Positions 48,502-60,049 of a stretch of 64,000 bases of DNA are shown here, one piece after another. The stretch is from assembly GCF_947507565.1 (NCBI RefSeq), contig NC_089176.1, forward strand, positions 4,019,882-4,083,881, read 5' to 3'. A model generated the notes under the pieces. The model ran no database searches. It was given only the letters and a program-made list of their open reading frames with translations, and was not told the origin of the DNA. Source of the stretch: Oscarella lobularis (taxonomy: Eukaryota). The translations under genes were made by a program, and so were the position numbers. Every line of letters starts with the position of its first letter. Within the stretch, counting starts at the first letter, position 1.

Positions 48502-49215
48502 ATGGAACGACCACGATACAAGCGTGAGCCGTCACCAGTGAAAAAAGCCAAGCCCCTAGGCGGCGGCTCCTTCCCGTCGCGATTCAACGTTACTCTCGTC
48601 CCCTTCGCATCGTCGAGCGGCTTCTTGAGCTCGTGCAGCAGCGAATCGGACTCCAATCACTCAAGTTATACAGACTTGCAGCTTTGGCCGTCGTCCAACG
48701 ACTACGACGTCCCCGAAAACACTCGCATGCCTTTTTTACGGCCCCCGCCGCTTCAGCGACAGCGGCGACGCAAACAGCACAAAGCCGCCGCTAATTCAAA
48801 GGCTCTCCTATCGAATTCTGCTCCGGCAATCCCCGCCAAGTCGTCTGGAGTCGGCAACGATCGATGGCGACGGCACAGCGCTCCCTCGCCATCGCGACTC
48901 GATTCTCCGCTAGCCCGTCAATTATCGACGGCTCAAACGGACTTTTCTTCGCACGTGGCGGCGGCATCGCGATCGTCGCCGCCGTCGCCGCCGTCTCCAC
49001 CCACGCCGTCGTCTCGTGATCAGATAGGGAGGAGAATGGTACGGGCGGAACCGCCATCGCCGCCGCAACCGCCAGTCAAAAAGGAACTACCAGAATTTCG
49101 ACTCCCTAGTATTCAATCAAAAGGAGCGAGACTCTTGTCGAAATCTGTGACGAATTTTGCTCCGCTTTTTGCAGCGGCGGCTCAACTTCGTACGGCGACA
49201 ACGAGCGTACACTGA
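48502..49215 (+). CDS. Intronless ORF encoding a Ser/Pro-rich, low-complexity basic protein. Unknown function, weak call.
   Basis: A 237-codon open frame from the ATG at 48502. It has no recognisable domain and is GC-rich. It could equally be non-coding. Confidence 0.25.
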   Translation: MERPRYKREPSPVKKAKPLGGGSFPSRFNVTLVPFASSSGFLSSCSSESDSNHSSYTDLQLWPSSNDYDVPENTRMPFLRPPPLQRQRRRKQHKAAANSKALLSNSAPAIPAKSSGVGNDRWRRHSAPSPSRLDSPLARQLSTAQTDFSSHVAAASRSSPPSPPSPPTPSSRDQIGRRMVRAEPPSPPQPPVKKELPEFRLPSIQSKGARLLSKSVTNFAPLFAAAAQLRTATTSVH

Positions 49216-49335
49216 CGTACGTTCTAACTCTTTCCTTGATAGTCAAGACTCTTGTAGTCATTGCTAACGTTTATCGAGTGTCTGTGTATGATGACGCGCA
49301 TGCAGATTATATCTTGCATGTCATTTGCCTCTATT

Positions 49336-51497
49336 TTCCAATACAAAATTGATCGAATATGATGTCGAGAATGTCTTCGGTTCCCACTTTGCCCGTTATT
49401 CGACCCAATTCAGTTAATGCGAGTCGGACTTCCTCTGCGGCGAGAACCGTTTCCATTTCCGCTAGAGTCATATGACGGAGGTGAGTAGGACTCACTCACC
49501 CAAAATAGCACAAGGTCGCGATCAAGGTCGGCGTGTGTGAGGTCGTTGCACGTGTTGGGTGGCGTGTGAGTGCGTACACAGGTAGTGCTTACCGCATTGA
49601 GATCGATCAAGACATTCCACGCATTCTCTGAGGTGTTTTCGATGTCGACTTCGAGTGAGAGACGGAGAATCAATCAAAGGATCACCGCATCTGAAATAAA
49701 GTAATTATATAGGAATAGGGGTTTTGATTTTACAGTTTCTTTAGTTCAGATTCGAGGAGTTGAAGTAGATGATCTATTCCAGCTGACGTTGTACAGGAAA
49801 TGGAGCAGGATACATACGCCTCATTCTTGATAGACAGGAAAATAGTCCCTTCTTTTTTCCTGCTGACCCTTACTTACTTTCAACATGCTACTAATGTAAC
49901 TTTCTTCTTCCGGACTCCTCAGATCGATTTTGTTAGCGACGACGATCAAACGTGCCGCCGTTCCCACGAAATGCGACAAAGATCCAAGACAAGACGAATC
50001 AATGACAACGAGTATTAAATCAGCGTTCTCAGCTCTGAGAACGAAGAGTCAATATATATAGATATTGGCTATTATTTTTGTACTTTTCTATTGCGCGTTT
50101 GACGCCCTCTCTTTCCACGGGATCGTTTGTTTTACGCAATCCCGCCGTATCACTTACGATGACTGGATAACCGGCGATATTCAATGCTGTCTCGATTACG
50201 TCTCGCGTTGTTCCGGCGACGGGGGAAACGATAGCGGCGGGGCGTTCGCCTGAAACTGAATGTTGGCTAAATTCAATGAAGGAGGAGGGAGTTACTTAGA
50301 ATATTGAGCAAGCTGCTTTTGCCCACGTTTGGTTCTCCGACTATAGCTAATCGAACGCCGCTTCGAAGACGTTCTCCACGTCTTGCGTCGCGTAAATGAG
50401 TGCGGATTTCGTCTATGATGCTTTTGATTTCTACTCTAGCTGTGAAGGAAGAAATTTGAGGGGGAGACTAGGAGAAGGAGTTTGAGTGTTTTGCCTTTAT
50501 CTAAGATATTGTCTTCTATGTCTTCACTCTCGCCAAAATCAATTGTTGCTTCGTAATAAGCTAAGCACTGTGAAGAATTCGCGATTAAATGGTTTCGTTG
50601 TTTCTACAGTACCTTGGCTAGAGAATTAGTCCATTTTGAATAGACTTTACTTAGGTGTCCCTAGGGTAGGTATGAGGATAATGTACATGTAATCTTGTGC
50701 TATTAACCTCCATCTGTCTCAATGCTTGTCGTCGTTGAACTTCCGTTTCGGCGTTAATTAAATCGGCCAAGCCTTCTACTTCCGTGAGATCAAATTTCCC
50801 GTTTAGAAATGCTCTAATTATTTAGTTAATAAATAAATAAATAAATAAATAAATAAATAGTGGGAGTGGAATGAGTGCGTGCCTCTTTGTGAATTCCCCG
50901 GGTTCTGCGTATCTTATGCCTTTTATAGACTGTAGTAGATCGGTCAAGGCAGATAGAACGGCTATGCTGCCATGCACGTGATATTCTACCACGTCTTCTC
51001 CTGTAAAACTGTTAGGGCCTACACAGTGTTACAAAGGTCATTCACATATAATGTACAGGGTCTTACGTGGAAACCAGAGAGCAATGGCTTTGTCAATGAG
51101 TTCATGCGTGACCGGATTGACGAGTTTTGTCAGTGTAGCTACTCTTGCTTGTGGAAGATGGTCCATTTTGCAAATATCTCGTAGAGTCTGGAGGCAGGAA
51201 AAACTGGAGGGATTGTCGGACTATCTGAGGTCGTACTTTAGAGGCCAAAGGCCCTGATACTCGAACAACAGCTACGCCTGTAAGGAGAGTGAGCTAGAAA
51301 TGTAGTAGAAGTAGAGAAGATTGCAATTCCCACCGCATTTTCCATGACCAGATGATAAAGCGAATATCGTAGGCGACCAATTTCTGTCACAAAACCGTCG
51401 CAAAAATACCAATTGCGCTCTGCAGTGTCGTTTGGCAGATTCGAAGCAAATAAATTGCTGCGAAGAAAGGAAAAGTTTTCTGAATAATACGGGCATT
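49336..51497 (-). CDS. GTPBP3: Mitochondrial tRNA-modification GTPase GTPBP3 (MnmE/TrmE homolog), multi-exon.
   Basis: N-terminal '[13 protein letters not shown](V)AVVRVSG'. '[14 protein letters not shown]', '[27 protein letters not shown]', '[12 protein letters not shown]', '[24 protein letters not shown]'. G domain '[39 protein letters not shown]', '[11 protein letters not shown]'. C-terminus '...[13 protein letters not shown]'. Confidence 0.8.
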
Positions 51498-51784
51498 TTT
51501 CCTGATGGCACGCAGCATAGATACACGCCGTAAGTCGTTTTCTTATAGTCTGTCCGCGTCTTACAGATTAGGCTTTCACCCGATGGGACCTCTACGATTA
51601 ATTTCCAATGCGTCTACGCGTCGTCCTACGAGGGTGCCGAGTCCTCGTGATTCTAAACTTCATCCCGAACTAAAGAAATCCTCAGATGAATGCATGGTGG
51701 ATTGATGGAACGTGCCAAGCGCCAAAACATTGTTTCGTGCTCCAGTGACGTCCCATCGGGGCCCCCTAGCTCCGTTGTTGATCT

Positions 51785-54120
51785 TTGTCTGGCAGTTGCG
51801 CTTTGACGTCGTTTCTTTGTTTAGACTATGAGGTCTTCCTTTTGTGCACGGAAACGTTTAAAGAATTGATGACAAACGTGCAGGAGAATCTTGCTGCTGA
51901 GGAGCATGGTATCAAGGCATTTTACGCCCCAACTAGCATTGATTGGGGCGGTTATCAAAGCGCTGCTATTGAAGAAGCGATTACGCAGTCCTCTCACGCT
52001 GTTATCATTTATTCCGATATACAAGATAGCTGTTGGACTTCTATTAGAGAGTCTATAGTTTGGAGGCAAATGTGCACCAAGCTAATCAAAGAATTGCCCT
52101 TAAGACCGCCTAATGTTTCTGAAGGCGACATCATAAGAACTATGCCGCTTTCTGCATCTAGGAAATTTAAAGAAGTTACTACTGAAACGTCTCCTACGAC
52201 GCTGGCGAAAAATATTGCTAAGGCGGTCAGAAACGAAAAGCAAGCTCCTTCTTCTAAATTGAGAGGCCAAGCTGATAAGAGGGTTGTTGTTCTTGACGAT
52301 GAGCCGTTCTGCCAAGATATATATAAGTAAGTATGCCCAAATAGGCCCAGTAGTTTTAGTTTGCAAATTCTTTAAATGGCTAGAGGTGTTTTCGTACGTA
52401 ATCAAAAGAAACGTTTGGTGGCTGTCAGAAAAGCTCTTTTGAATGACAAACGGATGAGAAATGAAATTGATATCTTGCAAGAATCAAGCAAATGCGACAA
52501 TTTGATTGGATTTATTGATGCCGTGGTAAGTCTACCATGTAGCGAGGACGTGTATTAGATGTCTACTGCAGACGATTGACACCGTTTGGCACTGCTGTCT
52601 TCAATATTGTGCATATTCAGTAGAACAAGTAGGTGCCCAGTCATCATAAATGCCATACGCGATGTGTATTCCTTTCATTTATTTGCAGTATGTACTTGAG
52701 AAGGCCCTACAGGACGTTATTGACGAAATTGACATTGTTCGTGGTGTTGCTAATGGCTTAGACTATCTTCACAGCAGGAAAAAACCGATAAGTAAGATGC
52801 CGTGTCCTTAATTAAGGTCATATTCGCTTTAACAATTAACTAATTAGCTCATATAAATCTCGCCCCTGCTGGCGTACGTATAATGGTGGAGGAAGACAGA
52901 AAGGCAGAAGCAAAAATTTGTGATATAAGTACTTCGCCCAGATTGTACGAACATGCAATGGAAGGATTCATTGTCAGAACAGTAGATGTGGGTAGGTGGG
53001 GCTGTGTGTTAGTATCTTACTTTTTGCAGAATCCGAGTCCTTATGTGGATGTCTTTTCGTTTGGATGCTTTGCGTACTACGTCATCACAAAAGGAGAGCA
53101 TCCGTTCAGTAAACCGGGGAGCGGGAGCAGTAAGCGAAGCGAAATTCAGTCAAGAATAGACTCTGGCGAGCATAAACCTACTTTCAAAGCGTTGGAAGGT
53201 GAGTTAATTAATTAATTAATTAAACGCGTATTTAGTGCGGCTTTAATTAATATTTTAGATTTGGTGAACGAAAGCATGCAACCGAAGGTGGATGAAAGCA
53301 GAGAAGCGGGGTTGAAAGAAAAAATTAGACGTATAGGGAATCCAGCAGCAGCTTTGGAGCTTGTGAAATCTACGTTAGGCAAAGGAAAAAAGTGAGTTTG
53401 CCTGTCAGTGCGTGCCTTCTCAGCAGATGCAGCTCGTTGCTGTGAACGCCTAGGCCTTCATCTTGCTGTATTAAAAGTCACTGTTACTTTTTCGAGCCGG
53501 CTCGCCAAGTTGATTTTCATACTGTACGTGGTGGTAATCATTATTCAACTTCATTGCTGTTACGGTTTCTACACAGAAATTTGGCTCTTGTACACCATTT
53601 TATGAAGAGATGGATCCTAAGATGGATCCTAAGAGTGCGAACGTGCGGCACTGGCTTTTGGACGAATTGGCTAACCATGATGAAGAAGTCCTTGGTTCTA
53701 CCACGTTGTGGGGAGCTAAATTTAAATATTTGGAAGCAAAAGGAGGTAGTGTTCTCGTAGTTACTTCTCATTAACTCTTTGTTAAAAGCGTTTCTAGATT
53801 TTCTAAAGAAGTGTGAAAATAGGTGCGATACATACGGAAATTCCGTGCAATCCCTTTCAAAATTCCTGCGTAATCAAGTACGAAACTTTGTGTTTTCAAA
53901 AAATAAACTAACTATAGGACGATACGTATAGTTCTGCCACGAACTTAACGATGACAAAATAGAAGAATTTTTTCAATTGACGAATGAAAAGAAAGCAGTG
54001 TTTCTCAACCGTGGGTTTCCCCGACTTCTTCCTGTATGCTGGGAGATAAGCAAGAAAGTACCCAATTTGTCTGTGTATGGGTATCACTGCAAGAAGCATT
54101 CGGCAATCACCTTTTCATGA
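51785..54120 (+). CDS. Kinase-like gene, probably a pseudokinase, with an unknown N-terminal domain. Multi-exon, and the structure is uncertain.
   Basis: Exon 1 is ORF 51785-52330 and has no known domain. Then 'RLVAVRKALLND...EIDILQ', 'GLDYLHSRKKPI', and 'HINLAPAGVRIMVEEDRKAEAKICDISTSP' (HRD becomes HIN, DFG becomes DIS), then 'DVFSFGCFAYYVITKGEHPF'. Further exons run to '...VFLNRGFPRLLPVCWEISKK...*' at about 54120. Confidence 0.4.
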
Positions 54121-54232
54121 CATCTCGGACTCTAGCCTTTTTTTTTTTAGTTTTTACGCTGTTGCACTCACTGGCTGTTTTTCTTTCGCTTTGTATGTTG
54201 TTATTGATTTATACGGGCATTTTCACGTGGAG

Positions 54233-54913
54233 ATGTTGCTGGTTGGCCTTTCAGGCGGAATAGCAAGCGGTAAAAGCACCGTTTCGCGACTATTGTTGGA
54301 TTGCGGATGTCCTATCATCGACGCCGATCAAATAGCTCGCCAAATCGTGCAGCCGGGCTTGCCTAGCTGGCACGCGATCGTTCGCAAATTTGGCCGAGAA
54401 ATTTTGAACGAGGACGAAACGATAAATCGCGAAAAACTCGGAAAAATCATATTTGATGATCCAGCTAAGCGAAGAGTGCTGAACGGTTGCACGCATCCGG
54501 CCATATTACGCAGAATGTTGTGGCAAATTTTGACGAATTTTATTCGAGGAGAAAAAGTCGTAATCTTAGATTCTCCGCTTTTGTTTGAGAGTGGAACGTT
54601 TGTTCGATACGTTCATCGTACAATTGTTGTATGGTGTTGCGAGGAAAGGCAAATTGAGAGACTTTACCTTCGAAATGGATTTGATAGAGACAGCGCTCTC
54701 AAGAGAATTTGTGCTCAAATGCCATTGGACGAAAAGCGTCGAAGGGCTACGTACGTTATTGATAATGACGGTCAACTAGAAAATACAAGACAGCAAGTTC
54801 AAGAAATTTACAAAGAACTCATCAAGTCGAAGTGGTGTTTGATGGGAAGGATTTTTAGACTGTCTTGTTCTTTTCTTATAGGACTTTTTGTAGCTCTATG
54901 GTTTCTGTCGTAA
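54233..54913 (+). CDS. Dephospho-CoA kinase (CoaE)-like P-loop protein with a hydrophobic C-terminal tail. Copy A, intact, single exon.
   Basis: 'MLLVGLSGGIASGKSTVSRLLLDCGCPIIDADQIARQIVQPG...AIVRKFGREILNEDETINREKLGKIIFDDPAKRRVLNGCTHPAI...VVILDSPLLFESG...TIVVWCCEERQIERL' follows the dephospho-CoA-kinase fold pattern. The tail is 'CLMGRIFRLSCSFLIGLFVALWFLS*'. Confidence 0.7.
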   Translation: MLLVGLSGGIASGKSTVSRLLLDCGCPIIDADQIARQIVQPGLPSWHAIVRKFGREILNEDETINREKLGKIIFDDPAKRRVLNGCTHPAILRRMLWQILTNFIRGEKVVILDSPLLFESGTFVRYVHRTIVVWCCEERQIERLYLRNGFDRDSALKRICAQMPLDEKRRRATYVIDNDGQLENTRQQVQEIYKELIKSKWCLMGRIFRLSCSFLIGLFVALWFLS

Positions 54914-55041
54914 TGATAGCACGGAATCTGAATTTCTGGAAGGTAGACCGTACTGTAAGACGGACTGGGCGTAGCCGGCGTGGGCGTAGCCGGCGTGGGC
55001 GTAGCGAAGGGTACAGTACAGTATGTACGGGAATTGCAAAG

Positions 55042-58000
55042 ATGGCGAATGCGGTCGAAAACGCGGCGACGGCGGAGCAACTAAACTACACGAACCCTTT
55101 GTCGTCGAAAAGTGATCAAGCACACGATCGTTTAGGAGCCGATATGGTTACCCGTGACCTGCTTATAAAAGCGTCGAAGAGAATCGCCTCGGTTTGGGAG
55201 AGCATTGCGAGACACCTTGACGTTCCTGAAGAAAGAATTAAAGCGATTCTTTGTGACTCTAATTTCAGAAATTTAGAAAAAAAGGCCTACGAAATGTTGG
55301 ATAAGTGGTGGGAAAAGAATTACAAAGAAGCCACGGAGGCGAAACTGTGTCTTGCTCTGTTGAGTGAAGAAATGACAGCAACGGCATCGGATCTCTTTGG
55401 AGACGAACTTGTTGAAGCTTTGAAGAGTTCAAAAAAAGGTAAGACTGATGTGATGGCTTATTTCGTCTTCTACACACTAATGATTATCGAACAGGTAGTA
55501 CCTTTTCCCAGCCCCAGAAGCAGCAAATCCAGCGCAACGGAAGTGATCTCGACACGACATCATTTGGGTCTAGAAAGGAAGAAATGAGAGCATCCTTTTC
55601 TAGCACAGAGTCGACTAAGCTCACAAGCAGCCAGGTAGGGGAAACAGATGGGAGAGAAACACAAAGTGAGCTGTTTTTGCTAACAATCTTTATTCATAAA
55701 TTGTGCTCTGCAGAACCAGTCATGTCTACTGAAGGGGCGTACGCACTTGGAGACGAAAATAAAGCATTCTGTACAGGTGATGGTGAGTGAATTAAAATTT
55801 TAGGGAATCGACGGATACGACTAGATTGTTTTGGTAGAGTTTTTGCGGCAAGGCTATCTGCAAAACAGATGCCTTTTGAGCTCACCGAAACCATTTTTTG
55901 GAAGGAAAAAAATTAGCGAAGATGTTGTCAACGCAGTAGAACAAAGGACGCCCGTTTGCTGGATTTGGGGTCCTCCCGGATGTGGAAAAAGTGCCGTCGC
56001 AATTAATGTTGTTCACAATCTAAATAAATCAGGCAACTATTCAATACCAATGTTCTTGGAAGAACCAAGCAACGTGAAACAAGTGGAGGAATTTATAATG
56101 TTGCATCTAAAGCGCGCTGAAACGTTTCAATCATACAAAGTGTTTTTTATTGACAAATGTTACACCATGTTAAAAAAGGAAGACGAGGAGGAGAAGTTTG
56201 TTGAAGCGATGGAGCGACTTTCTAAGTCTCATCCTCATGCGTTCACAGTTATAATTACAGCGTACGAAAAGCCTTCACTTCACTACAAACTCAACATCAG
56301 CTCACTAAAAGTCTCATGGCCTGACAGAACAGAAGCGGTCGAACTATTGGCCTTGAGCTGCAGAGGCGTCGACGTTAACGCAGTTAAAAATCACTACTAT
56401 CTAACCCAACTGCTTGCGTCTTGCTGCTGTAGAATGCCTTTTGCTATTATTGCTGTTGGATCAGTCTGGGTCGAGCGGCTTGAGTCCACCACAGATGTAC
56501 CTGCGTCTCTGCGAGAGCAACTTGAGTGCTTCCGTAATAGACACTCACTGTTTCAAGACTTTTGTGAAAATTTTGATAGCAAAAGGAGAGTTCTTCAAAA
56601 GTGCTTTGAAAAGTTTTATTTGTATTTATCTGCCGACTTGCAGAAAGCTCTTCGCTGTCTTTCGGTTGTTAACGGATCTTTTAGCAAAAACTGTGGAGAA
56701 CGATTTCTTGGTAAAGACGTTACTCAAGGAAAAATAACTAGTTTGTTGATGCTCGGTATTCTTGAGTCAGAAGAATGTCATCATTACTCTATACCGGATC
56801 TTTTTCGTCAGTATGTACTGACTCTAAGTGATCATCAGGACGCGCACGAACGTGCGAGAGCGGCGTATTGCAAGTATATAAAAAAAGTAATGGTTCAAAT
56901 GTGGAAAAATCGTAAAAGCGCGAAAGCATTAGAGATTTTTCAAGCCAACAGAAGAAGAATTGAAGGATTTTTAGAGGATTCTACTTCAATTGAAAGCGAC
57001 GCTGGTAAGAGTCTTGCCCTTGTCATTTGTATGACGGAGTACTCAATAGACGGCAAAGTGCTGCTAGAATGCACTTCGCCTTCTATTATCTGCCAATTTT
57101 GCAAATCGTGCCTAAAAAGCTCGCGTTTTCATGAAGAAGACCGTTTACATGTCTCTTTATTCTACGCTCAAGTCCTCCTACATCGGTGTCCGAGGCGTCG
57201 TATTGATGCGATTGATCGACAGCTTTCATTTTGTAAAACTCATTTGGAAGCGTTGTCAGCAGACAAGCAAGAGAGTTTCAGAACAAGATACTTGGTAACA
57301 TTGGTTGAATTGTGTTTGGTGAAGGGAACGAGCTTACTAGACGAAGATTTGGATGAAATAGAGAAGCAGAAGAGACTGCAGAATAAGGCTGCGCGACTAG
57401 CTGCAGCAAAAGCGCGCTTTCAACTGGGCGCGATGAGTTATGGAAAAGATGTCGATAGAGCACACGGTCATTTGAACGAGGCTGTTAGACACTTCAGAGA
57501 GTGCCGGGATGAACTACGCGAGACAGACTGTTCTAGATGTTTACATCAAATGTGGATTGGTGATTGTCTCTTTCGAAAGGGAAACTACAAAGACGCTCTC
57601 GGCGTTTTCAATGATCTATTGAAGGAGATAGAAGAAGTGTCTTGGCCTGGCGAAGGCGTTGAAACCAAAGACAGAAAAAACATGCGTATCTCTGCTATCT
57701 GTTATGCTCAAGGTTTGTCTCAAACTCTGCACTGTTTTGCTGAGAATTCTGGATGGAATGCCGATCAGCTGAAAGAGTGCCTTAAGTTGTTCGAGTCTTC
57801 GCTTGAATATATCCGAAATTGCTCCAACTCACCTTTTCTGCATTTTATTTACCTGGCAAAAGGAAAGCTGCATTTGTTGCTTTTTCTATGTGGAGAAGAA
57901 CATGATTCTAAACAATTGGAGTTGGCAACTCAATGCTTTGAAAAAGCGGCCGAAAATGACCGTATTCAATGTGAAGCCTCTTCTTTTGAGAAGATCTGCA

Positions 58001-58653
58001 ATGCTCCAGGCAAACTTTCAACGAAGAACATTTTTGATTCGGCCAAGATATTTCTTCCTTCAAGCGGCGGCTTTGTCAACATGCAAGAACTTTTCAAAAG
58101 CTGTAAGCGGCGGAACGAAGCGTTAGATCCTTACAAATCTCTCGGAATAAGTCTTTTTGCAAATTCTGCTTTGTATCTGGACAGCTTAAAAAGGGAACGG
58201 AGCAAAGAAGTAGTGTCGCTAGAAAAGGAAGACGTCGACTTCGAGTTTTCTGATGAGGACGACGACGAGGAAGAGGAAGAGGAAGAGGAAGAGGAAGGGG
58301 TTTGGTGGGAAAATGATGTAAAAGCTCAAACCGAGTTTCCAGACGAGAATTCTTCACGTAGGTTATTAATACCATCTAATTGCTTTCGGTCTCTGTCTCT
58401 TTTTGAGCAACACCAACTCTGTCGTCGAAGTAGTGAATCGCGTGGGAATACCAATACTCTAACCAATTTCGATAGTAGCCTCAGTCAGTGGCAAGTCTCA
58501 AGTTATGCTGCTGGTGATGGTGGCGGTGGTCTAGAAAAAAGGGAACGAATTGATCAGAAGTCTATTGGTATTCGCAGTCAAGATGACGAGAGCTCGTTGG
58601 AACTGATATCTTTAGTGGCTGAGCCTCCAACTATGTCAAAATCGCCGCCTTAA
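55042..58653 (+). CDS. NLR-like receptor: death domain, then a STAND P-loop NTPase (NB-ARC/NACHT-like), then TPR-like helical repeats, then an acidic tail. Three exons: 55042-55438, 55495-55782 and 55838-58653.
   Basis: Death-domain exon 'LLIKASKRIASVWESIARHLDVPEERIKAILCDSNFRNLEKKAYEMLDKWWEKNYKEATEAKLCLALLSEEM'. Walker A 'VCWIWGPPGCGKSAVAI'. Walker B 'KVFFIDKC'. A long alpha-helical repeat region follows. Poly-E tract 'DEDDDEEEEEEEEEEEG'. Splice phases were checked (1, 1, 0). Confidence 0.7.
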
Positions 58654-58711
58654 GATTTATTTTAAGTGGACTGAACAATGTTGCTAAGGCATCGCTACTT
58701 TTTCAGCCGTT

Positions 58712-59420
58712 TAGAAATGCTCTAATTATAATTATTTAGTTAATAAATAAATAAATAAATAGTGGGAGTGGAATGAGTGCGTGCCTCTTTGTGAATTCCC
58801 CGGGTTCTGCGTATCTTATGCCTTTTATAGACTGTAGTAGATCAGTCAAGGCAGATAGAACGGATATGCTGCCATGCACGTGATATTCTACCACGTCTTC
58901 TCCTGTAAAACTGTTGGGGCCTACACAGTGTCACAAAGGTCGTTCGCCTATAATGTACAGGGTCTTACGTGGAAACCAGAGAGCCATGGCTTTGTCAATG
59001 AGTTCATACGTGACCGGATTGACGAGTTTTGTCAGTGTAGCTACTCTTGCTTGTGGAAAATGGTCCATTTTGCAAATATCTCGTAGAGTCTGGAGGCAGG
59101 AAAAACTGGAGGGATTGTCGGACTATCTGAGGTCGTACTTTAGAGGCCAAAGGCCCTGATACTCGAACAACAGCTACGCCTATAAGGGGAATGAGCTAGA
59201 AATGCCGTACTATAGAAGATTGTATTTCCCACCGCATTTTCCATGACCAGATGATAAAGCAAAGATCGTAGGCGACCAATTTCTGTCGCAAAAACATCGC
59301 AACTGTTGCAGAATTGCTCGATGACGTCGTTTGACCGATTTGAAGCAGAGAAATTGTGGCCAAGAAGGAAAACGTCGATTGAATAATACGGGCATGTCTT
59401 TTCTAACGTGCGTCTTGCGA
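58712..59420 (-). pseudogene. Duplicated fragment of the GTPBP3 5' region (promoter, exon 1, exons 2-3). It is a paralogous copy of 50806-51530.
   Basis: Near-identical sequence. Compare ORFs 58874-59086 and 58914-59159 with 50972-51184 and 51051-51257. 59210-59458 (-) encodes '[18 protein letters not shown]' as in GTPBP3 exon 1. No downstream GTPBP3 exons follow. Confidence 0.6.
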
Positions 59421-59424
59421 CGAG

Positions 59425-60003
59425 ATGTTGCTGGTTGGCCTTTCGGGCGGGATAGCAAGCGGTAAAAGCACCGTTTCGCGAATACTGTTGGACTGCGGAT
59501 GTCCTATCATCGACGCTGATCAAATAGCTCGCCAAATCGTGCAGCCGGGCTTGCCTAGCTGGCACGCGATCGTTCGCAAATTTGGCCGAGAAATTTTGAA
59601 CGAGGACGAAACGATAAATCGCGAAAAACTCGGAAAAATCATATTTGATGATCCAGCTAAGCGAAGAGTGCTGAACGGTTGCACGCATCCGGCCATTTTA
59701 CGCAGAATGTTGTGGCAAATTTTGACGAATTTTATTCGAGGAGAAAAAGTCGTAATTTTGGATTCTCCGCTTTTGTTTGAAAGTGGGACGTTTGTTCGAT
59801 ATGTTCATCGTACAATTGTTGTATGGTGTTGCGAGGAAAGGCAAATTGAGAGACTTTATCTTCGAAATGGATTTGATAGAGACAGCGCTCTCAAGAGAAT
59901 TCGTGCTCAAATGTCATTGGACGAAAAGCGTCGAAGGGCTACGTACGTTATTGATAATGACGGTCAGCTGGAAAATACAAGACAGCAAATTCAGGAAATT
60001 TGA
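59425..60003 (+). CDS. Dephospho-CoA-kinase-like copy B. It is truncated: a stop follows 'QQIQEI' and it lacks the hydrophobic tail.
   Basis: About 95% identical to copy A over 'MLLVGLSGGIASGKSTVSRILLDCG...TRQQIQEI*'. It sits directly after the duplicated GTPBP3 5' fragment. Confidence 0.55.
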   Translation: MLLVGLSGGIASGKSTVSRILLDCGCPIIDADQIARQIVQPGLPSWHAIVRKFGREILNEDETINREKLGKIIFDDPAKRRVLNGCTHPAILRRMLWQILTNFIRGEKVVILDSPLLFESGTFVRYVHRTIVVWCCEERQIERLYLRNGFDRDSALKRIRAQMSLDEKRRRATYVIDNDGQLENTRQQIQEI

Positions 60004-60049
60004 TGAGTACTGTATTCCTTTCATTTATTTGCAGTACGTACTCAAGAAG

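Noticed and set aside
50972-51257. Plus-strand ORFs 50972-51184 and 51051-51257 and their duplicates 58874-59086 and 58914-59159
   Set aside because: They are antisense to GTPBP3 exons 2-3 ('[14 protein letters not shown]', '[14 protein letters not shown]') and to the duplicated fragment of them. They are reading-frame shadows, not genes.
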